From NCBI GenBank assembly GCA_963701455.1, contig CAVPAE010000006.1, forward strand, positions 900,458 to 964,457: 64,000 nucleotides of DNA. Reading direction: 5' to 3'. Below the pieces are notes generated by a model. The model searched no databases. It was not told the DNA's origin and saw only the letters and a list, made by a program, of their open reading frames with translations. This document shows positions 37,974-49,066 of the stretch, piece after piece (position 1 is the stretch's first letter; each line of letters begins with the position of its first letter). A program made the translations under genes and the position numbers. Source of the stretch: an uncultured Gammaproteobacteria bacterium. GTDB lineage: Bacteria > Pseudomonadota > Gammaproteobacteria > UBA9214.

Positions 37974-38597
37974 TCAGTTTTCCGACTGGCAGCACTGGCA
38001 CAGGTCTGCCAGGTGCACAAGTTCTACCAGCGAGTTCGTCCTCATCTTCTTGTTGACATTGGCGCGGTGTACCTCGACGGTGCGGATACTGAGTCCGAGA
38101 TTCTCGGCAACCTTGCTGTTGGACATGCCGGCAACAATATGCTCCATCACTTCCCGTTCGCGTTCGCTCAGACTGCTGCATCTTTGCTGCGCCAGCTCCC
38201 TGAGTCGACGGGTCTCATCGAGATCGTTCATCCTCTTGAAGGCAGTTTCCACGGTCTCCAGTAACGCTTCGTTACCGACCGGTTTCTCAAGGAAGTCCAT
38301 GGCTCCGGCTTTCATTGCCTTGACGGAAAGCGCGATGTCACCACTGCCTGATATGAAGATAACGGGCAGTTCGATACCAAGACCATTGAGTTCCGCCTGC
38401 AGTTCAAGTCCGGACATGCCACCGAGGTAATGGTCCAGTACGATGACGGCGCGGCTTGCGTCATTGACGGCATCGAGCAGTTCGCTGGCGGTGCTGAATT
38501 GCAACACATCGTAGCCTTCACGCTCAAGGAACAGCCCCAGCGCATCGCGTATCGCGGGATCGTCGTCAACCAGATAAATCCTTTCTGACTGTCCCAT
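37974..38597 (-). CDS. Response regulator, FixJ/NarL (LuxR-type helix-turn-helix) family
   Basis: RIYLVDDDPAIRDAL receiver domain and a C-terminal LuxR helix-turn-helix (SLSEREREVMEHIVAGMSNSKVAENLGLSIRTVEVHR). The start is taken at MGQSE, not the longer ORF-track start. Confidence 0.8.
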   Translation of the reverse strand: MGQSERIYLVDDDPAIRDALGLFLEREGYDVLQFSTASELLDAVNDASRAVIVLDHYLGGMSGLELQAELNGLGIELPVIFISGSGDIALSVKAMKAGAMDFLEKPVGNEALLETVETAFKRMNDLDETRRLRELAQQRCSSLSEREREVMEHIVAGMSNSKVAENLGLSIRTVEVHRANVNKKMRTNSLVELVHLADLCQCCQSEN

Positions 38598-38844
38598 TGC
38601 CTTTCCCCGTCCGTTCGCTACTGAAGCGTTGCCCTGCAGGCCAACTATCTGCAGTGGTTCCGCCATATCCCGGTGCATGGCCATCCCTGGCGGGCCATCC
38701 GTGGATATCCTCCCTGATATGACAAGCATAGGTAGTATTGACGCGCAGGCGTATGAACAAATCACGCGGCAGCTGTGAATTATTCACACGGATGACCGGC
38801 GGCGGCCGGAAGGGGAAAGGCGTGGCGGTTGCGTGGTCTGCGGG

Positions 38845-40167
38845 CTAGGCCCCGGCCTTGCCGTGCTGCGGCCCGGTATCGGCTTCGCTGGTATCGCAGC
38901 GTGACTCCACATGCCGCGTGGCACGCTCGATCTGCTCTACCTTGGGGGGCGTGTTGCTGCCGGTGACGCCCAGTTCGGCAAACTTGCGCGCCCCGGGAAG
39001 AACGCGGGAATCATAGGAACCAACCGCCTTGTTGAAGGCGTCGACGCTGTTGTCGAGGCTGCGGCCCAGTCGTGCGAGGTGGTCGGCGAAGGTGGTCAGG
39101 CGTGCATACATCTCCTGTCCCACTGCCTGGATCTCCTCGGCATTCCGGGCCAGCGCCTCCTGCCGCCAGCCGTAGGCGACGGCGCGCAGCAGGGCGACAA
39201 AACTGCTGGGGGTGGCAAGGATGACGTGGTGTTCCAGTGCGTCCTCGAGCAGCGCGGTGTCGATTTCGAGCGCGGCGCTGAGGAACTGGTCGCCGGGGAT
39301 GAACAGCACCACGAACTCGGGGCTGTGCCGGAACTGCTTCCAGTAGGCCTTGCCGGAAAGCTCCCTGATGCGCTGGCGCACGTTGCGCGCATGCCGCTCC
39401 AGGTGCTTGCTGCGTTGCGCATCTTCCGTGGCTTCCACGGCGGAAAGATAGGCATCCAGCGGGGTCTTGGCATCCACGACGATGTCGCGCCTGTCAGGCA
39501 TGCGGATCACCATGTCCGGGCGTTGCTGGCCGGATTCGCCGGCCACGGTCGGCTGCTCGGTAAAATCGCAGTGCTCCACCATGCCCGCCAGTTCGGCGAG
39601 CCGCTTCAGCGTCAGCTCGCCCCACTGGCCGCGCACCTCGGGTCGCCGCAGGGCCTGCACCAGGTTGCGGGTCTCGCCCTGCAGCAGTCGATGGGATTCG
39701 GCGATAGTCTCGAGGTGCCGGGTGAGTGCACCCTGCGCCTCCTTGCGCTCGTTCTCCATGCGGCGCATTTCCGACTCGGTTTTGCCGAGGGCGTCCTGGA
39801 TGGGTTTCACCAGTCCCTCGATCGCCTGCTCCTTGCGGTTGAGATCACTCTCCGCGCGGATCTGGAACTGCTTCATGTTCTCCCGCGCAAGCTGCAGGAA
39901 CTGGTCGGTGTTGTCCCGGAGTGCATTGCCTGCCAGCCGGCTGAAGGTGTCCTTGAGGGTGCGGGTGGTTTCCTCGAAGGTGGCCTCGCGCGCCACGGCT
40001 GCCTTGCGCTCATAGTCGAGCTCGACGAGCAGGCGCTGGTACTTGTTACGCAGGCGGTTGAATTTCCGGTTCTCGATCAGGTAGGCCGTGAGTGCGCCAA
40101 TTTCAAGGGAGATGACGACAACCAGAATCAGGAAGGTGATTTCATTAACGGCCATGGCCCGGATCAT
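38845..40167 (-). CDS. rmuC: DNA recombination protein RmuC
   Basis: N-terminal TM helix, coiled-coil, and an RmuC C-terminal domain (FVVLFIPGDQFLSAALE). Confidence 0.85.
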   Translation of the reverse strand: MIRAMAVNEITFLILVVVISLEIGALTAYLIENRKFNRLRNKYQRLLVELDYERKAAVAREATFEETTRTLKDTFSRLAGNALRDNTDQFLQLARENMKQFQIRAESDLNRKEQAIEGLVKPIQDALGKTESEMRRMENERKEAQGALTRHLETIAESHRLLQGETRNLVQALRRPEVRGQWGELTLKRLAELAGMVEHCDFTEQPTVAGESGQQRPDMVIRMPDRRDIVVDAKTPLDAYLSAVEATEDAQRSKHLERHARNVRQRIRELSGKAYWKQFRHSPEFVVLFIPGDQFLSAALEIDTALLEDALEHHVILATPSSFVALLRAVAYGWRQEALARNAEEIQAVGQEMYARLTTFADHLARLGRSLDNSVDAFNKAVGSYDSRVLPGARKFAELGVTGSNTPPKVEQIERATRHVESRCDTSEADTGPQHGKAGA

Positions 40168-40204
40168 ACCATCGAAGTCGCAGGCGTTTTGTTGTGCGGG
40201 AGAG

Positions 40205-40888
40205 TCAGATAATGCCGCGGGTTTCAGTCCGGTCGAGCCACGCCAGCAGGTCGGCGGGTGCGTCGATCATGGCGTCTGCCTCCCATTCCTGTGGCCGGTC
40301 ATTGTCCTGGAAATAACCGAACAGGGCGACCAGGGTGTACATGCCGGCTTTGTTTCCCGCCTCGACATCACGCTGTGCATCGCCGACATAGACACAGCGC
40401 TGCGGTTCGCTGCCGGCAAGCGCGCAGGCGTGCAGCATGGGTGCCGGGTCCGGCTTGCGTTGCGCCAGTGTGTCACCGCTGACGACACAGGCGGCGCGCT
40501 GCAGCAGCCCCAGGTCACTGAGCAGCGGGTCTGTCAGCCAGCCAGGCTTGTTGGTGACCACGCCCCAGTTGAGGCCGCGTGCCTCCAGGGTGTCGAGTAC
40601 CTCGGCCATGCCCGGGAAGGGCCGTGTGTGCGTGGAGATGTTCGCCCGGTATATTTCCAGCAGGCGCTGGCGCAACGGCTCGATGGCGGGGTCGGATGCC
40701 TCCAGCTGGAAGCCGCGACGCACGATGGCGACGCCGCCGTGCGACACGGCTGGCCGGATGGTTTCGAAGGGAAGTGGTTCGCGGTGGTTTTCCGCGAGCA
40801 CCGTGTTCAGTGCGGCTGCGAGATCCGGTGCCGTGTCGAGCAGGGTACCGTCGAGGTCGAACAGGACGGTCTGGATGCCGCCGGGCAC
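40205..40888 (-). CDS. gph: HAD-family hydrolase, phosphoglycolate phosphatase-like
   Basis: VLFDLDGTLLDT motif I. Downstream of ubiG, as in many gammaproteobacteria. Confidence 0.7.
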   Translation of the reverse strand: MPGGIQTVLFDLDGTLLDTAPDLAAALNTVLAENHREPLPFETIRPAVSHGGVAIVRRGFQLEASDPAIEPLRQRLLEIYRANISTHTRPFPGMAEVLDTLEARGLNWGVVTNKPGWLTDPLLSDLGLLQRAACVVSGDTLAQRKPDPAPMLHACALAGSEPQRCVYVGDAQRDVEAGNKAGMYTLVALFGYFQDNDRPQEWEADAMIDAPADLLAWLDRTETRGII

Positions 40889-40891
40889 GGG

Positions 40892-41599
40892 TCAGGCCTT
40901 GCGAAAGCAGGCAAGGTAGTTGACGGAGACATCGCCGCCGAGGCTGTACTCCTGTGTGAGCGGGTTGTAGCTCATGCCGGTCAGGTCGGTCAGTTGCAGG
41001 CCGCAGTCACGCGCCCATGACTCCATCTCGGAAGGGCGGATGAACTTGCTGTAGTCGTGCGTGCCCCTGGGCAGCATCCGCAGCAGGTATTCGGCACCGA
41101 CCACGGCGAACAGGTAGGCCTTGGGGTTGCGGTTGATGGTCGAGAGAAATACGTGGCCATCATCCTTGATGAGCTGTGCACAGGCGGCAATGACGGCGGC
41201 CGGGTCCGGCACGTGCTCCAGCATTTCCAGGCAGGTCACGGTGTCGAAGTGCCCGGCCCGGGTCGCTGCGACCTGTTCCGCGGTCGCCTGCTGGTAGTCA
41301 ATCTCCAGCCCGGATTCGTGCTGGTGCAGCCTGGCGACCGCCAGCGGTGCCTTGCCCATGTCGATACCGGTGACATGCGCGCCGCGCAGGGCCATGCCTT
41401 CGGTGAGCAGGCCGCCGCCGCAGCCGACGTCGATGATCTGTTTGCCGGCCAGCGGGGCAAGCCGGTCGATGTAATCAAGGCGCAGCGGGTTAATGTCGTG
41501 CAGCGGCTTGAACTCGCTGTGCGGATCCCACCAGCGTCCGGCCAGCTTTTCGAACTTGGCTATCTCGTCGTGATCGACGTTGTGTATCGCTTCGGTCAT
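40892..41599 (-). CDS. ubiG: Bifunctional 3-demethylubiquinol 3-O-methyltransferase / 2-polyprenyl-6-hydroxyphenol methylase
   Basis: [35 protein letters not shown]-binding motif, 235 aa. Confidence 0.85.
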   Translation of the reverse strand: MTEAIHNVDHDEIAKFEKLAGRWWDPHSEFKPLHDINPLRLDYIDRLAPLAGKQIIDVGCGGGLLTEGMALRGAHVTGIDMGKAPLAVARLHQHESGLEIDYQQATAEQVAATRAGHFDTVTCLEMLEHVPDPAAVIAACAQLIKDDGHVFLSTINRNPKAYLFAVVGAEYLLRMLPRGTHDYSKFIRPSEMESWARDCGLQLTDLTGMSYNPLTQEYSLGGDVSVNYLACFRKA

Positions 41600-41610
41600 G
41601 GTTCTGCAGG

Positions 41611-42936
41611 TTATGTTTGGTGAGTGGATTGAATGCGGTCTCTCCAGCCGCGGGTGCGCGCGAGGATGTCGTTGCCGTCCAGCGTGGTCAGGCGGCGCTC
41701 TTTCAGCAACTGCCGGCCGGCCACCCAGACATCGGTTACCTGCTCGCGCCCGCCAGCGTACACCAGCTGGGATACCGGATCATACACGGGCTGGGTTTCC
41801 GGGGTATCCAGGTTGACGGCGGCCAGGTCCGCCCACTTGCCGGGCTGCAGTGAACCGGTTTCCTCGCCCAGCCCCAGCGCAGTGGCGCCATTCAGGGTGG
41901 CCATGCGCAGCACCTCGTGTGCCGGCAGTGCGCTGGCATCTCCGCTGGTGCCTTTCGCCAGCAGCGCGGCGGTGCGCATCTCGCCGAGCATGTCGAGGTC
42001 GTTGTTGCTGGCCGCGCTGTCGGTGCCCAGCGCCACGTTGACGCCGGCGGCAAGCAGCGCCTGCACCGGGCAGAAGCCGCTGGCAAGTTTCAGGTTGGAC
42101 TCCGGACAATGCACCACGTGGCCGCCGGCAGCAGCGAAGGCGGCAATTTCCGCGCTGCCCAGCTGGGTCATGTGGACGGCGATCAGTGCCGGGGAGACCA
42201 GTCCGAGATCATGCAGGCGGGCGAGGGGACGCTGGCCCGTGAGTTCCTCGGCCTTGTCGACCTCGTCTGCCGTCTCGTGCACATGCATGTGAATGCCGAT
42301 CTCCAGCTCGTCGGCGAGGACGCGAATGTGCTGCAAAGGCTGGTCGGATACCGTGTAGGGGGCATGTGGTGCAAACACCGTGCTGATCAGCGGATCGCCG
42401 CGATAGTTGTCGTGCACGGCGAGGCCCCTGGAGATGTACTCGCCGGCGTCGTTTGCCCACACCGTGGGAAAATCGATCACGATCAGGCCGACGCTGGCGC
42501 GCATGCCGCAGGCGGCCGCGGTCCGTGCCGTGATATCCGGGTAAAAATACATGTCGTTGAAACAGGTGGTGCCGCTGCGCAGCATCTCGGCGATGGCGAG
42601 TTGCGTGCCGTCGTGGACAAACTCCTCGTTTACCCAGCGTGATTCGGCTGGCCAGATATGCCCGTTGAGCCATTCCTCCAGCGGGATGTCGTCGGCCAGT
42701 CCGCGCAGCAGCGACATGGCTGCATGGGTATGCGCGTTGACCAGTCCCGGGATCAGCAGGTGGCGATCCAGGTGGTGTTCAGTGTCAGCGGTATAGCGGG
42801 TATGTGCCTCGACAGTCGGCAGGATGTCGAGGATGCGGCCTTCCTGAATGGCAAGGCTGTGATGTTCGTAAAGGGTCGCTGCCGGTTCGACCGGGGCAAT
42901 CCAGCGGCAATGGATGAGGGTATCGATGTTGTTCAT
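41611..42936 (-). CDS. mtaD: Amidohydrolase, 5-methylthioadenosine/S-adenosylhomocysteine deaminase-like (TRZ/ATZ family)
   Basis: [19 protein letters not shown] metal-binding HxH, 441 aa, adjacent to ubiG. Confidence 0.7.
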   Translation of the reverse strand: MNNIDTLIHCRWIAPVEPAATLYEHHSLAIQEGRILDILPTVEAHTRYTADTEHHLDRHLLIPGLVNAHTHAAMSLLRGLADDIPLEEWLNGHIWPAESRWVNEEFVHDGTQLAIAEMLRSGTTCFNDMYFYPDITARTAAACGMRASVGLIVIDFPTVWANDAGEYISRGLAVHDNYRGDPLISTVFAPHAPYTVSDQPLQHIRVLADELEIGIHMHVHETADEVDKAEELTGQRPLARLHDLGLVSPALIAVHMTQLGSAEIAAFAAAGGHVVHCPESNLKLASGFCPVQALLAAGVNVALGTDSAASNNDLDMLGEMRTAALLAKGTSGDASALPAHEVLRMATLNGATALGLGEETGSLQPGKWADLAAVNLDTPETQPVYDPVSQLVYAGGREQVTDVWVAGRQLLKERRLTTLDGNDILARTRGWRDRIQSTHQT

Positions 42937-42986
42937 GCGGTGATTTCAGGCGGCATGCAGCACGGTACTCTCCATGGTTGCGAGAC

Positions 42987-43023
42987 AAAAAAATGCCCGC
43001 CACCCGGTAGCCGGGTGGCGGGC
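42987..43023 (-). terminator. Rho-independent terminator downstream of the ompA-like gene
   Basis: Stem gcccgccacccgg / ccgggtggcgggc with a 3-nt loop, followed by a U7 run on the minus strand. Confidence 0.7.
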
Positions 43024-43046
43024 AGGCATTACTTCATGCGGCTGGA

Positions 43047-43671
43047 TCAGTTCTTCGGCGTTTTGACACCGACACTGATATCAACACGACGGTTCTGGGC
43101 ACGGCCTGCCTTGGTGCTGTTGTCTGGCCACCGGCTCGGATTCACCCTTGCCGCTGACATCGATGATGCCCGCATCGATGCCTTCGCTGACCATGTAGTC
43201 CTTGACGGATGTGGCACGACGCAGGGACAGTGCCTGGTTGTACTCTTCGGTACCGATGCTGTCGGTGTGACCCACCACGTTGATGTCGATCACCTGGGCA
43301 CCCTGGCTCTTGATCTGGTCGTCAAGCGCTGTGATGGCTGCCTTGCCTTCCGGCTTCAGGTTGGACTTGTCAAAGTCGAACAAGGCTTCAGCCTTGATGG
43401 TGGAGGTTGTATAGACCGGAGCGGCGGGTGCCATCGGTGCTGGTGGCGGTGCTTCAACCACCTCGAGGCCGCAGTCCACGGTCATGTCTTCGGCCTTCCA
43501 GAAACCGGTGCGAACGCAGTTGCCCGCGCTGTCCGTCACGTAGTGACCGTTGGCATCGCCGACGTAACCTGCGCCAGCCTTGCCGGCTTCATGGGCTGTA
43601 ACGCTGCTTGCGAACAGCAGTCCGGCAGCAATAGAGGCGACTATTCCTCCGATTTTATAGTCGTTTTTCAT
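43047..43671 (-). CDS. OmpA-family peptidoglycan-associated protein with an apparent 1-bp insertion near 43124 that breaks the conserved C-terminus
   Basis: OmpA-like domain VGHTDSIGTEEYNQALSLRRA. The present frame ends RQQHQGRPCPEPSC at 43081. The +1 frame restores the canonical DNSTKAGRAQNRRVDISV end with a stop at 43047. Confidence 0.7.
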
Positions 43672-44084
43672 GTGTAACCGCTCCTGTGGGATGTTGATAA
43701 AAAGTCTATTTGCTCGTCTTGCCAGATTTGCTGAGATTGTACTCTAGATCACAGTTCAAGTGATTGAAATAAGGTTATCATTGCACGTTGCGCACTTTAC
43801 AATCCTCATTGCACAAATGCAACAACAATTTTCAAAAAAACCACAAATTCGCAAATTGCGTAGCTAAAAAACAACAAATGCGATCAGGGTTGTCATGTCT
43901 GGCCCCGTTAATAGAGATTATTGTCATTACTTATCAGTAGCATAGATATGTTTAGCCGCGCAAGAGATCGGCGGGGTCGGCATGTCGTATCCGGAATGTT
44001 AAACCAGCCCCATCAGGACGGTTTTTTCCGCTGGAATCAGTAGAATACCCCGATTACACCGGTTTCGGGAACCCATGCAAAGCC

Positions 44085-45143
44085 ATGAATGACCAGAATG
44101 ACACTGTTTCAGCCGTCCGCTGGACGGACGCCGGCCTGCGCTTGCTGGACCAGCGCCGCCTGCCGGATGAAGAAAACTACCTGCAATTTAATGATGCGGC
44201 GGCGGTGGCCACCGCGATCCGGGACATGGTGGTGCGCGGTGCGCCGGCCATCGGTATCACGGCGGCCTATGGCGTGGTACTGGCGGCCAGCCGGCATGTC
44301 CTGGAGTCCCCGCAGGCATGGCAGGCCGGCGTGCTGCAGGATATCCAGGTCCTGGCAGCTGCGCGTCCCACGGCGGTGAACCTGGTCTGGGCGCTGCAAC
44401 GCATGCAGCGCCGCCTGGCAACGGCCGGTGATGAGCCGGTCGCGGCGTTGCTCGACGAGGCCAGGCGGATTCACGCCGAGGATATCGCCGCCAACCGGCA
44501 GATGGGCGAGGCGGGTGCTGCGCTCATTAACAAGGGCAGTGCCGTGCTGACGCACTGCAATGCCGGGGCGCTGGCGACCGGTGGTTACGGGACCGCGCTG
44601 GGCGTGATTCGCAGTGCCTGGGCGGCGGGGAAGCTCCGCCAGGTCTACGCGGATGAAACGCGGCCCTGGCTGCAGGGTGCCCGGCTGACGGCCTGGGAGT
44701 TGCTGCGCGATCAAATCCCGGTGACCTTGCTCAGCGACAGTGCGGCATCTCTTTTGATGCAGCAGCAACGTGTGCAATGGGTGATCGTCGGGGCCGACCG
44801 GGTGGCCGCCAACGGTGATGTCATCAACAAGATCGGCACCTATCAGCTGGCGGTTGCCTGTCGCTACCACGGGGTGCGCATGATGGTCGTTGCGCCGCTC
44901 TCCACGCTGGACAGGGACATGCCGGACGGGCAGCAGGTCACGCTCGAGGAGCGTTCGCCCGACGAGGTCCTGCAACTGGCCGGCCGGCGGATCGCTGCGC
45001 CCGGGGCAACAGCCTGGAACCCGGTATTCGACGTCACGCCTGCCGGGCTGGTCGATTACCTGGTGACGGAAGCGGGCGTGGTGGCGGCACCGGACAGGGA
45101 AAAACTGGCCGCGCTGCCTGTGGTGCAACCCGACCTGAAATAG
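44085..45143 (+). CDS. mtnA: S-methyl-5-thioribose-1-phosphate isomerase
   Basis: eIF-2B alpha/beta/delta family. [15 protein letters not shown]. Confidence 0.85.
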   Translation: MNDQNDTVSAVRWTDAGLRLLDQRRLPDEENYLQFNDAAAVATAIRDMVVRGAPAIGITAAYGVVLAASRHVLESPQAWQAGVLQDIQVLAAARPTAVNLVWALQRMQRRLATAGDEPVAALLDEARRIHAEDIAANRQMGEAGAALINKGSAVLTHCNAGALATGGYGTALGVIRSAWAAGKLRQVYADETRPWLQGARLTAWELLRDQIPVTLLSDSAASLLMQQQRVQWVIVGADRVAANGDVINKIGTYQLAVACRYHGVRMMVVAPLSTLDRDMPDGQQVTLEERSPDEVLQLAGRRIAAPGATAWNPVFDVTPAGLVDYLVTEAGVVAAPDREKLAALPVVQPDLK

Positions 45144-45323
45144 CCGGCCAGGGATACGTGTTTTCTTTGGCAGGCGGCCTCAGCGCCCACGGAAAGCATT
45201 ATTTTTCGGCTGTAGTGGGGGAGGCGACTATGTTAAAATGCGCGGTCTTTGTTGCTTGCGGCTGCCTCAAACGCCACCTGCAGCGCCCGGTCACCTGAAC
45301 AAGGAAGCGCACTTCACTCCCAA

Positions 45324-47906
45324 ATGAGCGATTTCGCAAAAGAAATACTGCCCGTCAATCTCGAGGACGAGATGAAGCAGTCCTACCTCGATTACGCCAT
45401 GAGCGTGATCGTGGGACGGGCATTGCCGGATGTGCGTGACGGTCTGAAGCCGGTGCATCGCCGTGCGCTCTTCGCCATGAGCGAGCTGGGCAACGACTGG
45501 AACAAGGCCTACAAGAAATCGGCGCGTATCGTCGGTGACGTCATCGGTAAATACCACCCGCATGGCGATACCGCGGTGTACGACACGATCGTGCGCATGG
45601 CGCAGCCGTTCTCGCTGCGCTACATGCTGGTCGACGGCCAGGGCAACTTCGGTTCCGTGGATGGCGATTCCCCGGCCGCGATGCGTTATACCGAAGTCCG
45701 CATGGCGCGGATAGCGCACGAGCTGATCGCCGATATCGACAAGGAAACCGTCGATTTCGTTCCCAACTATGACGAGACCGAGCACGAACCTTCGGTCTTC
45801 CCGACGCGTTTACCGAACCTGCTGGTCAACGGCTCTGCCGGTATTGCCGTGGGCATGGCGACCAACATTCCGCCGCACAACCTGACGGAAATCATCAGCG
45901 CCTGTCTTGCGATTATCGACAATCCCGAGATCGATATCGACGGACTGATGGAATACGTGCCGGGTCCGGATTTCCCGACGGCCGGGATCATCAACGGTGT
46001 GCGTGGCATTCACGAGGCCTATCGCACCGGGCGCGGCCGCATCCAGATACGGGCGCGCAATCACGTCGAGACCGACGAGGCCCGTGGGCGGCAACACCTT
46101 GTGTTTACCGAGTTGCCCTACCAGGTGAACAAGGCGCGCCTGCTGGAAAAGATCGCCGAGCTGGTCAAGGACAAGAAGATCGAGGGTATCTCCGGCCTGC
46201 GCGACGAGTCCGACAAGGACGGCATGCGCATGGTCGTGGACCTGAAGCGTGGTGAAGTGGCGGAAGTGGTGCTGAACAACCTCTACCAGCATACCCAGCT
46301 GCAGAATGTCTTCGGCATCAACATGGTGGCGCTGGTCGATGGCCGCCCGCAGCTGCTGAACCTGAAGCAGTGCCTTGAGGCCTTCATTCGTCACCGCCGC
46401 GATGTGGTTACCCGGCGCACCGTGTTCGACCTGCGCAAGGCGCGCCAGCGGGCCCACATCCTGGAAGGCCTCGCCGTCGCGCTGGCCAATATCGATGAGG
46501 TGATCCGGGTCATCAAGTCATCGCCCAACCGCGCCGTGGCCAAGGAGGCCCTGATGGCCCGCAGCTGGGAACCGGGGGCGGTGACCGACATGCTGGAACG
46601 CTCCGGCAGCGATTGCCACGCGGCCGGATGAACTGGAAGAAGGTTACGGACTGGTGGCCGATGGCTACCGTCTGTCCGAGGCACAGACCCAGGCCATCCT
46701 CGATCTGCGCCTGCACCAGCTGACCGGGCTGGAGCAGGACAAGATTGTCGACGAATACAAGGAACTGCTCGACCTGATCGACGAACTGCTGGCCATCCTG
46801 CAGAATCCGGAGCGCCTGATGCAGGTGATTCGCGACGAGCTGACCGAGATACGCGACCAGTTACGGGGATGAGCGCCGCACGGAAATCCTCACCGACCAT
46901 CTCGATCTCACGCTGGAAGACCTGATCACCGAGGAAGACGTGGTGGTGACGCTGTCGCATGCCGGCTATGCAAAATCCCAGCCGCTGTCGGACTACCGCG
47001 CCCAGCGCCGTGGCGGCCGCGGCAAGAGTGCGGCGGACGTCAAGGAAGAGGATTTCATCGACAAGCTGTTTATCGCCAGCACCCACGATACCATTCTGTG
47101 CTTCTCCAGCCGCGGCAAGGTTTACTGGCTCAAGGTCTACGAATTGCCGCAGGCCGGCCGCGCCGCGCGCGGCAAGCCGATCGTGAACCTGCTGCCGCTG
47201 GAGGCGGACGAGCGCATCAATGCGATTCTGCCGATACGTGATTTTTCCGACGGACCACTACGTGTTCATGGCGACGGCGCTGGGTACCGTGAAGAAGACG
47301 CCGCTGGTGGATTTCTCCCGCCCGCGTGCCAACGGCATCATCGGCATCGACCTGCGCGACGAGGACTACCTGATCGATGTGGCGATCACCGATGGCACCC
47401 AGGACATCATGCTGTTCAGCAATGCCGGCAAGGTGATCCGCTTCCGCGAGGCTGACGTGCGTGCCATGGGACGCACCGCCTGCGGCGTGCGCGGCATCAA
47501 GCTGCAGTCAGGTCAGCAGGTCATTTCCCTGATCATCGCCAGCGAGAGCCCGGTACTGACCGCTACCGAGAACGGCTATGGCAAGCGCACCCTGGCCGCG
47601 GACTACCCCGTTTACGGCCGTGGTGGCCAGGGGGTCATCGCCATCCAGGTTACGGAAAGAAATGGTGCCGTTGTGGGCGCTGTGCCTGCTGACGAAACGG
47701 ACGAAGTCATGTTGATCAGCGGCGGCGGGACACTGGTGCGCACCCGCGTCAACGAGATCTCCGTGATGGGCAGGAATACCCAGGGCGTGCGCCTGATCGC
47801 CCTGGATGCCGGCGAACAGCTGGTCGGTATCGAGCGCATTATCGAGGATCGTGGCGAGGACGAAGATGCCGACGATGCCAAAACGAATGAGGAAACATCA
47901 GAATGA
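45324..47906 (+). CDS. gyrA: DNA gyrase subunit A; reading frame interrupted by three apparent 1-bp insertions (near 46613, 46863, 47254)
   Basis: [47 protein letters not shown]... Canonical GyrA sequence continues across ORF-track pieces 45249..46631, 46654..46872, 46940..47455 and 47220..47906. Deleting one base at each site restores [25 protein letters not shown] and [15 protein letters not shown]. Confidence 0.85.
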
Positions 47907-47918
47907 AGGTAATTGAGC

Positions 47919-49001
47919 ATGCCTGATATCTATAACTTCAGTGCCGGACCGGCGATGCTGCCGCGGGCAGTGATGACGCAGGCGCGTGATGAACTGCTGG
48001 ACTGGCACGGCAGCGGCATGTCGGTGATGGAAATGAGCCATCGCAGCAAGGCCTATCTTTCCATCGCCGAACAGGCGGAGGCCGATCTGCGTGACTTGCT
48101 GGCGATACCGGACAACTACAGGGTGCTGTTCCTGCAGGGAGGTGCCACCAGTCAGTTCGCCATGGTCCCGATCAACCTGCTGCGCGGCAAGGGTGGTGCG
48201 GATTACATCAATACCGGCGCCTGGTCGAAGAAGGCCATCGGCGAGGCGCGCAAGTTTTGCGAGGTTAACGTCGCCGCCACGGGTGAAGCCGGCAATTTCA
48301 GCACAATCCCCGCATTCGAAAGCTGGCAACTCGATTCCAGTGCCGCCTACGTGCACTACACACCGAACGAGACCATCGGCGGTGTGGAGTTCCACTGGAT
48401 ACCGGAGACCGGAGAGGTGCCGCTGGTCGCTGACATGTCATCGACGATTCTTTCCCGGCCAATCGATGTATCACGCTTCGGACTGATCTACGCCGGGGCG
48501 CAGAAAAATATCGGCCCGGCCGGGCTGACCGTCGTCATCGTGCGCGATGACCTGATAGGCAAGCCGCTGGCGGGTACGCCGACGATGTTCGACTACCAGG
48601 TGCATGCCGACAACGCGTCGATGTACAACACGCCGCCGACCTACGCCTGGTATCTTGCCGGCCTGGTGTTCAAGTGGCTGCTGGGCCAGGGCGGCCTGGA
48701 TGCCATGGCGGAAATCAACCGGCGCAAGTCGCAGCAACTGTATGCAGCGATCGAGGCGTCGGACTTCTACAGCAGCCCGGTGGATGCGGCGTGCCGCTCC
48801 TGGATGAACGTGCCGTTCACACTGGCGGATGCCGCGCTCGACGCCGCTTTCCTGGAACAGGCAGGGCAGGCCGGCCTGCTGAACCTGAAAGGACACCGCT
48901 CCGTGGGCGGTATGCGTGCCAGTATCTACAATGCCATGCCGGAGAGCGGCATCGCCGCGCTCATCGACTTCATGGGCGAGTTCGAACGGACGCACGGCTG
49001 A
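47919..49001 (+). CDS. serC: Phosphoserine aminotransferase
   Basis: MPDIYNFSAGPAMLP. Class V aminotransferase, 360 aa. Confidence 0.9.
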   Translation: MPDIYNFSAGPAMLPRAVMTQARDELLDWHGSGMSVMEMSHRSKAYLSIAEQAEADLRDLLAIPDNYRVLFLQGGATSQFAMVPINLLRGKGGADYINTGAWSKKAIGEARKFCEVNVAATGEAGNFSTIPAFESWQLDSSAAYVHYTPNETIGGVEFHWIPETGEVPLVADMSSTILSRPIDVSRFGLIYAGAQKNIGPAGLTVVIVRDDLIGKPLAGTPTMFDYQVHADNASMYNTPPTYAWYLAGLVFKWLLGQGGLDAMAEINRRKSQQLYAAIEASDFYSSPVDAACRSWMNVPFTLADAALDAAFLEQAGQAGLLNLKGHRSVGGMRASIYNAMPESGIAALIDFMGEFERTHG

Positions 49002-49066
49002 GCGCTGTTGCGGGCATGAGCCCCGCGGCAACTTCCTGAATTATGACTGCCTGACATAGAACCCTA

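Noticed and set aside
45324-47906. gyrA as a pseudogene
   Set aside because: The gene is essential. All three breaks are single-base insertions that restore canonical sequence when removed. Similar lesions in pyrF and the ompA-like gene point to assembly error.
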